From contig JAFRUZ010000016.1 in assembly GCA_017438635.1 (NCBI GenBank), positions 8,627-72,626 on the forward strand: a DNA stretch of 64,000 bases. Direction: 5' to 3'. Positions within the stretch are counted from its first letter, which is position 1; the number at the start of each line of letters is the position of its first letter. The notes beneath the pieces were generated by a model. That model was not told the DNA's origin and searched no databases. It saw only the letters and a program-made list of their open reading frames with translations. The stretch comes from Bacilli bacterium. Its GTDB lineage: Bacteria; Bacillota_I; Bacilli_A; RF39; UBA660. The position numbers and the translations under genes are program-made. Of the stretch, positions 49,056 to 57,940 are shown piece by piece.

Positions 49056-49607
49056 ATGAAAGTTAAATTAGGAATATCAATGAGACATGTTCATTTAACA
49101 GATGAAGATTGTCATACACTATTTGGGAAGGACTTAACGATAAAAAATGAATTAAGTCAACCAGGACAATACGCAGCCAATGAAACAGTCATATTAAAGA
49201 ATAATGATCGAGAATTAAAAAACGTTAGAGTGCTAGGACCTAATAGAGAATATACTCAAGTAGAAATATCGAGAACAGACTCATATTTTTTAAAAATGAA
49301 TCCTCCTGTAAGAGATTCTGGAGATTTAGAAGATGCAGAAACTATAACAATAATAGGGCCTGTAGGAACTGTTACTAAAAAAGCAGCAATTATTGCTGAT
49401 AGACATATTCATATTAATAGAGAAGATAGAGAAAAGTATAATTTGTTAAATGATGAATATACAATTAAAATAAACACAGAAAAAGGTGGGCTACTAGAAC
49501 ATGTAAAAATAAAAGAACTACCTAATAGTTGTTTTGAATTGCATTTAGATTCTGACGATGGCAATGCGTTTTTGCTAAATCAAGGTGATGAAGTAGAGAT
49601 TATTTAG
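49056..49607 (+). CDS. pduL: Phosphate propanoyl/acetyl-transferase PduL
   Basis: Duplicated PduL motif (GISMRHVHLT; ADRHIHINRED). ATG 49056 behind GGTGAT; TATAAT at 49034-49039. Confidence 0.85.
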   Translation: MKVKLGISMRHVHLTDEDCHTLFGKDLTIKNELSQPGQYAANETVILKNNDRELKNVRVLGPNREYTQVEISRTDSYFLKMNPPVRDSGDLEDAETITIIGPVGTVTKKAAIIADRHIHINREDREKYNLLNDEYTIKINTEKGGLLEHVKIKELPNSCFELHLDSDDGNAFLLNQGDEVEII

Positions 49608-49610
49608 TCT

Positions 49611-51545
49611 CTACTTTTTTATTTTTAAGGGTTCTGTGCCTTTTAAATAGTACAGAATCTTTTTATTTTCTTTGTTCCTAGTAACAGGATTACCAGTAAT
49701 AGGATTAACCAACACACCAACAATATCCTTAGGAGTTTTATACCAAGTAGCATCTTTTTCCTTAAAAAAAGCTTCCATACTAGTAACCCAGGAACTTTTA
49801 TTACCAGCAATAACTTCAGTAGGAATAATAGAACTGTCATCATATCCAGCCCAAGAGGCAAAGACAACCTCTGGAGTGTAACCAACAACCCAAGAATCAG
49901 TATCAGTACTACCTGTTTTTATAGCATATTTATGAGTAATACTACTTGTCATACTAAAACATGTAGGATAAGTATAATCTACTAAATTAACGTCATATGT
50001 GCCTGTTAACAATTCACTTATTAAATATGTAATATCACTATCTAGGACATATTCATCTTTTAAAGTATTATATTCATACAAAATATTTCCTTCCTTATCA
50101 ACTACTTTTGTAATTAAATGAGGATTAACTTTTTTTCCACCATTTGCAAGAGTAGCATAAGCAGCAGTTAACTCATACATACTCATTTCATATGTACCAA
50201 GGGCTAAAGAAGGTGATTTTTCTATTTTTGAAGTAACACCTACTTTTTTTAAAACGTCATATAACTCTTCCTCTCCAAGAAAAAGATGGGTTTTAACAGC
50301 AAAAATATTATCAGAATATGCAATAGCAGCAGCAAGTGATATTTCTTTATTTGCATAAATACCACCATAATTCTTTGGAGAATAAGTTTGTTTATTATCA
50401 AAATAAAAAGTAGTTTTCTTACTAAAAAAAGTAGTGCTAGCAGTAAATCCGTTTTCTAAAGCCCTATAATATAAAAAAGGTTTTACAGTAGAACCAGGTT
50501 GTCTATATGAATTTATTGCACGGTTAAACTGACTATTACCATAATTAATACCTCCAATTAAAGCAATTATACTGCCATCCTTAGGATTCATCATCACCTT
50601 AGAAGTTTCTACTTTTTGATTAACTGCATTCTTTTCAAGACCCAATTCTAAAGAGTTTTGAGCCTCAATATCTAAAGAAGTATATATTTTTATATTACCC
50701 GTATCTAAATAACTTTTTGGTATAGAATCGATAGAATTAAGTTCAGCCATGACAGCATCATTATAATAAAGCAAAGAAGATAAACTATTACCAAAATCAC
50801 TACTTTTAAATTCAAGATTTTTATTATAAGCTTCATTCATTTCTTCTTTAGTAATATATCCATTTTTATACATCCTAGTAAGAACCACTAACTGCCTTTC
50901 TTTAGATAACTCATAATTATCAAGAGGAGAGTAGTCAGAAGGACTATTAGGAATACCTGCTAAAATAGAGGCTTCACTTAAAGAAAGATCCTTAACATCT
51001 TTACCAAAATAGTATTTTGAGGCATTACTAATACCATACATACCATGACCATAATTAATAGTATTTAAATAGCCTTCTAAAATTTCATTTTTAGTATAAT
51101 GAGCCTCTAATTCATAAGTAAGCCACATTTCTTTCCATTTTCTTTTCCAAGACTGTTCAAAATCAAGAAAAAGATTCTTTGCATATTGTTGTGTAATTGA
51201 AGAAGCACCTTGTTTTATACTCCTAGAAGAAAGATTGATAATCATAGCCTTGGTAATTCTAAGAAAATCAAACCCAAAATGTTTATAAAAGTTTTTATCT
51301 TCAACACTAATCGTAGCATTAATAATATTATCATTACAATTATTCAAACTAACCCATGAATCATTTCCATTACCTTGAAAGACTAATTTACCTTGGTTAT
51401 CAAAAACAGAAAAAGCATTAGCATTTCTAATATCAAGTTTCGGAGTGATAAAAGCATATAAAAAACCTATCATATTAAATAGAACAAATAAAATAAAAAA
51501 ACCTAAAAAACAAAAAGATATAGTTTTTATAATCTTTTTTTTCAT
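49611..51545 (-). CDS. Class A penicillin-binding protein (glycosyltransferase + transpeptidase)
   Basis: GT51 motifs EDKNFYKHFGFD and RKWKEMW; transpeptidase STVKP. Start at ATG 51545 (MKKKIIKT). Confidence 0.9.
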   Translation of the reverse strand: MKKKIIKTISFCFLGFFILFVLFNMIGFLYAFITPKLDIRNANAFSVFDNQGKLVFQGNGNDSWVSLNNCNDNIINATISVEDKNFYKHFGFDFLRITKAMIINLSSRSIKQGASSITQQYAKNLFLDFEQSWKRKWKEMWLTYELEAHYTKNEILEGYLNTINYGHGMYGISNASKYYFGKDVKDLSLSEASILAGIPNSPSDYSPLDNYELSKERQLVVLTRMYKNGYITKEEMNEAYNKNLEFKSSDFGNSLSSLLYYNDAVMAELNSIDSIPKSYLDTGNIKIYTSLDIEAQNSLELGLEKNAVNQKVETSKVMMNPKDGSIIALIGGINYGNSQFNRAINSYRQPGSTVKPFLYYRALENGFTASTTFFSKKTTFYFDNKQTYSPKNYGGIYANKEISLAAAIAYSDNIFAVKTHLFLGEEELYDVLKKVGVTSKIEKSPSLALGTYEMSMYELTAAYATLANGGKKVNPHLITKVVDKEGNILYEYNTLKDEYVLDSDITYLISELLTGTYDVNLVDYTYPTCFSMTSSITHKYAIKTGSTDTDSWVVGYTPEVVFASWAGYDDSSIIPTEVIAGNKSSWVTSMEAFFKEKDATWYKTPKDIVGVLVNPITGNPVTRNKENKKILYYLKGTEPLKIKK

Positions 51546-51592
51546 AAAAACACTCCTTTTCAACATTAGTATGAAAAAATTAAAAAAAATTA

Positions 51593-51621
51593 TGTGCAAC
51601 AGTAAAAAAATATGCTATAAT
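51593..51621 (+). promoter_or_regulatory. Promoter with extended -10 (TGCTATAAT)
   Basis: TGCTATAAT at 51613-51621; weak -35 TGTGCA. Confidence 0.5.
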
Positions 51622-51642
51622 CTGAAATTGGAATGGTGGTAT

Positions 51643-51972
51643 ATGCAAAAAGCAAGAATAAAAATAAAAATAAATGACCATATTATCGAAGGAATAGGTC
51701 AATTAAATAACAATATACTTGCTCTAAAAACAAAGGAAGAAATAATAGAATTTGACTTAAAAAACAAAGTATTAACCAAGAAAAATAAAGATTTAAATAT
51801 ACAAATGGATTTTATAAATAAAAACGTTACATACAAACTTGTAGAAGAAAACAAAAAATTTAGTAACAAATTAGTAATATTTTCATTGACTAATACAGAC
51901 AAACAAGTTATGATTAATTATCAGATAGAGCAAGCAGATTTTGTGTTAGCAATAAACTATGAAACAATGTAA
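51643..51972 (+). CDS. Small hypothetical protein (109 aa), possibly DUF1934/YwiB-like
   Basis: ATG 51643 behind GGTGGT. The track start at 51445 would overlap the divergent PBP gene. Family assignment is tentative. Confidence 0.5.
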   Translation: MQKARIKIKINDHIIEGIGQLNNNILALKTKEEIIEFDLKNKVLTKKNKDLNIQMDFINKNVTYKLVEENKKFSNKLVIFSLTNTDKQVMINYQIEQADFVLAINYETM

Positions 51973-52017
51973 TATACATTTCATATAATGAGTTAAAGAA
52001 AGGATGTAAAAATAAAA

Positions 52018-52449
52018 ATGGCTAAAAAATTAAAAAAAGAAGAATTAGAATTAATGTCTTATAATGATATTGCTCATATGCTATTAAAAGAAAAACCAAA
52101 GCAAATGACTCTTGATTTATTTACTACTATTGGAGAAATGTTAGAATTACCTAAACAAACAATAGAAAATAAAATTGGAGAGTTTTATACTGCTTTAACT
52201 AATGATAAGAGATTTATTCTTTTAGAAAATGGTACATGGGATTTACAACAAAACCACAAAGTAAAGCAATTAAGTGAAGAAGAAGAGTTAGAAGATTTCG
52301 AAGAAGAAACAGAAGATTATGACGATGAAGAAGTAGAAAAAGAAGATGAAATGTTCGATAATGAAGAAACAGATGATGATATTGCAGATATAACTGAAGA
52401 ATACAAGAACTTAGTAATAGTAGATGAGGAAGAATTAAGCCAAGAATAA
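52018..52449 (+). CDS. rpoE: RNA polymerase delta subunit
   Basis: 143 aa; N-terminal HARE-HTH-like LELMSYNDIAHMLLKE...GTWDL; poly-acidic C-terminal half. Confidence 0.88.
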   Translation: MAKKLKKEELELMSYNDIAHMLLKEKPKQMTLDLFTTIGEMLELPKQTIENKIGEFYTALTNDKRFILLENGTWDLQQNHKVKQLSEEEELEDFEEETEDYDDEEVEKEDEMFDNEETDDDIADITEEYKNLVIVDEEELSQE

Positions 52450-52458
52450 GGTGATAAA

Positions 52459-53520
52459 ATGTTAGAGCGTTTAAACGAAATAGAAAAAAAATATGAAGAG
52501 TTAGGCAATGAATTAACAAAACCAGAAACATTACAAAACGTTGATTTATTAACTAAGCTTTCTAAAGAACAAAGAAAACTAGAAGAAACAGTAACAATAT
52601 ATAGAAAGTATAAACAAACTCTAAATAACATAAAAGAAGATGAATCACTATTAAAAGATGATGAATTAAAAGATATAGCAAAAGAAGAACTTAGTGTTTT
52701 AGAAGTAGAAAAAGAACAATTAGAACAAAAACTTGAAACATTACTTTTACCAAAAGATGAAAACGATGATAAAAACATCATAATGGAACTAAGAGGAGCA
52801 GCAGGTGGAGATGAAGCCAATATCTTTGCAGGTGATCTTTTCAGAATGTATCAAAAATATGCTGAAAAGCAAGGTTGGAAAGTAGAAGTAGTAAATGCCG
52901 AAGAATCCGCTGCAGGAGGTTTTTCTCAATTAGAATGCATTATAAAAGGTGACAGTGTTTATTCAAAATTAAAATACGAAAGTGGAGCTCACAGAGTACA
53001 AAGAATACCAACTACGGAATCCGGTGGTAGAATACACACTTCAACAGCAACAGTAATAGTAATGCCTGAAGCAGAAGATATAGAAATAGAAGTAAAACCA
53101 GAAGATATAAAAGTAGATGTTTATAGAAGTGGTGGGGCAGGTGGACAGTCAGTAAACACAACAGATTCTGCTGTAAGAATGACTCATATTCCTACAGGAA
53201 TAGTAGTAACATGTCAAAACGAAAGAAGCCAGTTACAAAATAAAGAAAAAGCACTTCAAATTTTAAAAGCAAAGATTTATGAAGAAGAACAAAGAAAAAA
53301 AGAAGAACAAGAAGGAACAGAAAGAAGAAATAAAATAGGAACTGGTGATAGATCAGAAAAAATTAGAACTTATAATTACCCTCAAAATAGAGTAACTGAT
53401 CATAGAATTGGTTTAACACTTAATAAATTAGACAGAATAATTGAAGGAGAATTAGAAGAAATAATAGAAGCCCTTATTGCAGAAGATCAAAAAAGGAAGC
53501 TACAAGGAAATGAAGATTAA
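52459..53520 (+). CDS. prfA: Peptide chain release factor 1
   Basis: 353 aa; GGQ motif [17 protein letters not shown]; the RF1 PxT-type tripeptide region RIPTTES. Confidence 0.96.
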   Translation: MLERLNEIEKKYEELGNELTKPETLQNVDLLTKLSKEQRKLEETVTIYRKYKQTLNNIKEDESLLKDDELKDIAKEELSVLEVEKEQLEQKLETLLLPKDENDDKNIIMELRGAAGGDEANIFAGDLFRMYQKYAEKQGWKVEVVNAEESAAGGFSQLECIIKGDSVYSKLKYESGAHRVQRIPTTESGGRIHTSTATVIVMPEAEDIEIEVKPEDIKVDVYRSGGAGGQSVNTTDSAVRMTHIPTGIVVTCQNERSQLQNKEKALQILKAKIYEEEQRKKEEQEGTERRNKIGTGDRSEKIRTYNYPQNRVTDHRIGLTLNKLDRIIEGELEEIIEALIAEDQKRKLQGNED

Positions 53521-54343
53521 GGACATCTTAAATGATATAAATAATGAACAAAAACTTGCCCTAGAGCAAGTTTTAAATCTATCTGGACCAGAATTAATAG
53601 TTAACAAAGATAGAGAATTAACAAAAAAAGAGTACAAAGAATATCAAAATATAAATAAAAAACTAGAAAAAGGGCAATCAATACAATATATATTAAAAAA
53701 AGCTAATTTTTATGGTAATGAGTTTTATGTAAATAGAAATGTACTAATTCCAAGACCAGAAACAGAAGAATTAGTAAGAATAACAAATGAATTAATAAAA
53801 AAACATCTAAAACAAGAACTAAATATCCTGGATATAGGTACAGGATCTGGAATAATAGCAATAACACTAAAAAAACTAAATAACACATACAATGTAACAG
53901 CAACAGATATATCAAGAAAAGCTATTAGGGTAGCACAAAAAAACAGTAAAAAACACAATGCAGAAATAAATTTTATAAAAACAGATTTATATAATGGTAT
54001 AAATGATAAATATGACGTTATTATAAGTAATCCGCCATATTTAGATGTAAATTCTATAAATATCGAGGAAAAAGTAAGGAAAAATGAGCCACATATAGCT
54101 CTTTTTGCTAAAAATGAGGGATTATACTATTATGATAGAATTCTTCAAAATATAGGAAAAATACTCAAAAACAAGTACATAATAGCCTTTGAAATAGGAG
54201 AAAATCAGGGATTAAAAATAAAAAATATAGCCAATAAATACTTACCTAAGGCAAAAGTTTTTATAAAACAAGATTACAACAATCATGATAGATATGTATT
54301 CATACTTGGGGGAATAAAGGATGAAAAACTTAAAAATATATAA
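53510..54343 (+). CDS. prmC: Release factor glutamine methyltransferase PrmC
   Basis: [11 protein letters not shown] and NPPY motifs; ATG 53510 overlaps the prfA stop. Confidence 0.9.
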   Translation: MKIKDILNDINNEQKLALEQVLNLSGPELIVNKDRELTKKEYKEYQNINKKLEKGQSIQYILKKANFYGNEFYVNRNVLIPRPETEELVRITNELIKKHLKQELNILDIGTGSGIIAITLKKLNNTYNVTATDISRKAIRVAQKNSKKHNAEINFIKTDLYNGINDKYDVIISNPPYLDVNSINIEEKVRKNEPHIALFAKNEGLYYYDRILQNIGKILKNKYIIAFEIGENQGLKIKNIANKYLPKAKVFIKQDYNNHDRYVFILGGIKDEKLKNI

Positions 54344-55241
54344 TAATGTGTGTAAAGAAGAGGTACTAAATAAGGTACAATTATCAAGAATACATTCTGA
54401 ATATAGTATTGGTAAAACACTTTTTGCAACCTCAGATAGGGGTAAAAGAGCATACCAAGAAGATTCTGTAATAGTGCTAGAACATCCAAATGCCAGTAAT
54501 ATTAAGCTAATTGCGGTAGCAGACGGGGTAGGAAGTTGCATTGACAGTGAACTAGCAAGTAACCATGTTTTAAAGAGATTAATAGAATGGTTTGAAGAAA
54601 CAACAGAAGAAGATCATAATAATCCATTACAAACTAAAAAAGACTTAGATATAATGTTAAAAACAGTATTAAAAGGACTACAAGCCAATATATATTCAGC
54701 AACGACTTTATCTGCTGCTATAGTATTAAAAGAAAAGACAATAATAACAAATATCGGTGATTCAAGAATATATATAGTCAAGAATGATCACTTAAAACAG
54801 CCAATAAAAGATGATTCAGAAGTAGAAAAACTATATAGAAATAGGGGAATAATGAATAGAGAAATTATGAGATTTCATAAATATAATGGAATAATAACAA
54901 CTGCTATTGCATATTGGCCACAAGATTATAAAATGAATTATAGAGTAATAAACAATAAAAACTATGATAAAATTCTAGTGGTTACTGATGGGGTATCAGA
55001 TTGCTTATCAACAGAAGAAATAAAAAACATAATAAAAACCTCTAAAGCAGAAGAAATAACTAACAATATAGTAGCAGCAGCATTAAATAACAATAGTAAC
55101 ATAGAAGATATCATAAAAACACTATCACCAAAGGAACAACAGGAATATATAGAATTACATGAAATATTTGAAGAAGACTACTGGAAGACAATAGAAGGTG
55201 GTAAAGATAATACTACTGCTGCAGTATATATAAGAAAATGA
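54321..55241 (+). CDS. PP2C-family Ser/Thr protein phosphatase
   Basis: 306 aa; RAYQEDS, AVADGVGS and VVTDGVSD motifs. Confidence 0.75.
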   Translation: MKNLKIYNNVCKEEVLNKVQLSRIHSEYSIGKTLFATSDRGKRAYQEDSVIVLEHPNASNIKLIAVADGVGSCIDSELASNHVLKRLIEWFEETTEEDHNNPLQTKKDLDIMLKTVLKGLQANIYSATTLSAAIVLKEKTIITNIGDSRIYIVKNDHLKQPIKDDSEVEKLYRNRGIMNREIMRFHKYNGIITTAIAYWPQDYKMNYRVINNKNYDKILVVTDGVSDCLSTEEIKNIIKTSKAEEITNNIVAAALNNNSNIEDIIKTLSPKEQQEYIELHEIFEEDYWKTIEGGKDNTTAAVYIRK

Positions 55242-55284
55242 ATAAAAATAAAGAATAAGTATCATTACCTATATAGGTGATAAA

Positions 55285-55815
55285 ATGAAAAAACTTATTC
55301 TTTTTATATTAACAGTTGCAGTTTTAATATTAGTATCAAACAATTATGAACAAAACTATTACATCATACCTGAAGAATCCATAAGGATAAGAATAATACC
55401 AAATAGTAACAATATAAAAGATCAATATATAAAAAATCAAGTAAAAGCCAATATAGAGTTAGAATTACAAGAAGATTTAAAAAGGGTAACAACTATAGAT
55501 GAATCAAGAAGAGTTATAAAAAAAAATATTAATAAATATGACGATGTAATAGAAACAGTTCTAAATAATGAAAAATACTTAAAAAAGCACACAATAGATT
55601 ACGGATATCACTACTTTCCGGAAAAAATATACAAAGGAGTAAAATACAGTGAAGGAGAATACGAATCACTACTAATCACTCTAGGAGAAGCCAAAGGAGA
55701 TAACTGGTGGTGCGTACTTTTTCCACCAATCTGTTCATTAGAAGAAGATGAAAGTGGTCAAAAAATTGAATATAGTTTTCTCGTAAAGGAAATGTTTAAC
55801 AAATACTTAAAATAA
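55285..55815 (+). CDS. spoIIR: Stage II sporulation protein R
   Basis: 176 aa; signal/TM; IRIRIIPNSN...DQ and GDNWWCVLFPPIC motifs. Confidence 0.85.
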   Translation: MKKLILFILTVAVLILVSNNYEQNYYIIPEESIRIRIIPNSNNIKDQYIKNQVKANIELELQEDLKRVTTIDESRRVIKKNINKYDDVIETVLNNEKYLKKHTIDYGYHYFPEKIYKGVKYSEGEYESLLITLGEAKGDNWWCVLFPPICSLEEDESGQKIEYSFLVKEMFNKYLK

Positions 55816-55842
55816 CATTTCTTTTTTTTATACGAGAAAACA

Positions 55843-55871
55843 TTGACAAAATAAGACAAAAGTGCTATAAT
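55843..55871 (+). promoter_or_regulatory. Consensus promoter (TTGACA - 17 nt incl. TGc - TATAAT)
   Basis: TTGACA at 55843-55848, TG at 55863-55864, TATAAT at 55866-55871. Confidence 0.75.
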
Positions 55872-55904
55872 AACAACCATCCAAAAAAGAAGGGGGAATT
55901 TTTT

Positions 55905-57920
55905 ATGGATACAAAGTATTTTATCAACAGAGATGAAAATGGAAAGATTCGTTGGATAGGTATTGATTCAGATAATGGATTTATTACTAAAGAAATAACT
56001 GATAGAGATAATAAACCAGCATATGATTATCAATTACATGCAGTTAATGCAAAAACTAATGGTGAATTCTTTGAAGTAATTGGAGATGATAATGCAGCAG
56101 AAGTTAGTGAAGCTTTCTTCGTAGGAGCAAGAGAAAAAGTAACAAAAGTACAAGAAGCAGATGAAAAAACAAAGAAGAAAACTATGAGTAAATCACTAGC
56201 AGCTTTAGGAATTGCAGGAGCATTACTAATTGTTACTACAACAGGATTAGCACTTTCTGATAAAGCCCAAGCAAAAGCTGAAAAATGGTTTGGAAAGAGT
56301 AAAACTCAAACTGGAAGTTCAATAGAAGGTGAAACAGTAGCAGAATCAGAATTAGAAAACAAATCTGTAAGTGAACTTATAGATATGTTAAATGATGAAG
56401 AACAAGAAGAAGCAATTAGTAGAATAGTAGATACTCAAGATTACTTTAATGAAGAAGCTGCACCAACAGTAAAACAAGGAGATAAACAACTATACTTTAC
56501 ATTTGATGAAACAGTAGCAGCATATATATATGCTAATGCTAAAGCTGTAAGTTCAGACAAAATAGCAAGTTTCTTTGGAAAGAGCAAAATAATGATTCTA
56601 AATGAAGAAACTGGTGAATATGAAGAAATGAACAAAGATTTAGTATCTGCAAAATATTTATCATTCTGTAATGTATTAAGTTATTATTATCAACTTGGAG
56701 CAACTGAAAGATCTGGAGTAGATGGATTATTCGAAAATGAAAAAGAAGCTAAATTCTTTAGAGATTTCGAAGATCTAGTATTAGAGTACAACAGAACTCA
56801 TAGTGATGCAGTAAAAGCAAAAATTGAGGAGAGATTATTAGAAATCTATCTGAGTGGTAATGTAGACTCTTTATCAGATAAGTATCAAGGTGCTTCATCA
56901 ATAATAGCAACAGCTATGGTTCCTGATCTATACTTAAATAAAGTTATAGATAAAAAGACATATGAAGCTATAGTTGAAAAAAATGAAACCATTACTTGTC
57001 AAGAAATCTACAGTCAAATCGAAAAAATAATTAACTGTAAGACAGAAGAAAATGGAAAAGAACTAATCATAGAAAAAATTGCAGAATTACAAAACTTAAA
57101 AACACATGATTTAGATAGAAATCTTTCTATGGAAGAATCACTTGAAGGATACAGATTAAGTGATCTAGATCAATTCGTTCTAGGAGGAGTACCTGGATTT
57201 GCAGGTAGCAAAACTATCACAAAACATTTTCAAACAATTACAAAAGATAGAAGTGAAGCAGTTAAAAAGACATCTGCAGCAGAAGTTGCAGCAGCAGAAC
57301 AAAAAGCACAAGAACAAGCAGGAATTCCTGAAAAGAACAAAAATGAAGACGATTATTGGGATGGATATATGGATGGCTACAATAGAGCATACGATAGTGT
57401 ATGGAATGGTGGCTCTGGAAATGTATCTGTACCATCTGGATCTGCAAAATATGTTGAAGGATTTAAAGCAGGGGTTTCAGCTGGTAAGGCATATGCTAAA
57501 GAAGATTTAGCTAAGGCTAAAAAAGATAAAGAAAACTACAAACCAAAAACACATGAAGAAGTAGTAGAAGAAACATTTGTACCAGAAAACAACACTAATA
57601 ATAATTCAAATAGTAATACAAATAATAATTCAAATAGTAATACAAATAATAATTCAAATAGTAATACAAATAATAATTCAAATAACAATAACAACAATAA
57701 TAGCAATACAGAAAGTCAATCAGAACCTGTACAAGAATCAGCTCCAGCACAACAATCAACACCAGCACCAGCACCAGCAGCAACACCACATGAAGAAGTT
57801 GTTGAAGAAACATTCGTTTACGAAAATGATGACAATGTATCATGGTTGTTAAAAGAATTTACTTACGAAAATGATTATGCAGTATATGAAAGCACAGCAA
57901 AAGTAAGGGTTAGAGCTTAA
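55905..57920 (+). CDS. Single-pass membrane protein (671 aa) with an Asn/Ser/Thr tandem-repeat and a Pro/Ala-rich spacer; unknown function
   Basis: TM LAALGIAGALLIVTTTGLAL at ~aa 98-117. HEEVVEETFV(P/Y)EN is duplicated on either side of the NNSNSNTN repeats. Confidence 0.7.
   Translation: MDTKYFINRDENGKIRWIGIDSDNGFITKEITDRDNKPAYDYQLHAVNAKTNGEFFEVIGDDNAAEVSEAFFVGAREKVTKVQEADEKTKKKTMSKSLAALGIAGALLIVTTTGLALSDKAQAKAEKWFGKSKTQTGSSIEGETVAESELENKSVSELIDMLNDEEQEEAISRIVDTQDYFNEEAAPTVKQGDKQLYFTFDETVAAYIYANAKAVSSDKIASFFGKSKIMILNEETGEYEEMNKDLVSAKYLSFCNVLSYYYQLGATERSGVDGLFENEKEAKFFRDFEDLVLEYNRTHSDAVKAKIEERLLEIYLSGNVDSLSDKYQGASSIIATAMVPDLYLNKVIDKKTYEAIVEKNETITCQEIYSQIEKIINCKTEENGKELIIEKIAELQNLKTHDLDRNLSMEESLEGYRLSDLDQFVLGGVPGFAGSKTITKHFQTITKDRSEAVKKTSAAEVAAAEQKAQEQAGIPEKNKNEDDYWDGYMDGYNRAYDSVWNGGSGNVSVPSGSAKYVEGFKAGVSAGKAYAKEDLAKAKKDKENYKPKTHEEVVEETFVPENNTNNNSNSNTNNNSNSNTNNNSNSNTNNNSNNNNNNNSNTESQSEPVQESAPAQQSTPAPAPAATPHEEVVEETFVYENDDNVSWLLKEFTYENDYAVYESTAKVRVRA
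57600..57684 (+). repeat. 24-bp perfect tandem repeat x3 plus a partial fourth (AATAATTCAAATAGTAATACAAAT), in frame (NNSNSNTN)
   Basis: Units at 57600-57623, 57624-57647 and 57648-57671 are identical; a 13-nt partial copy follows. Confidence 0.9.
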
Positions 57921-57940
57921 CAGGTAAGGGGGTTTTAAAA

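Noticed and set aside
51445-51642. Long N-terminal extension of the small ORF upstream of rpoE.
   Set aside because: It would overlap the divergently transcribed PBP gene and its own promoter (TGCTATAAT at 51613-51621). ATG 51643 behind GGTGGT is the credible start.
57577-57852. Alternative-frame ORFs on both strands across the 24-bp tandem repeat (IIIQIVIQ... and YYLNYYLY...).
   Set aside because: These are frame artefacts of the repeat inside the well-supported 671-aa ORF.
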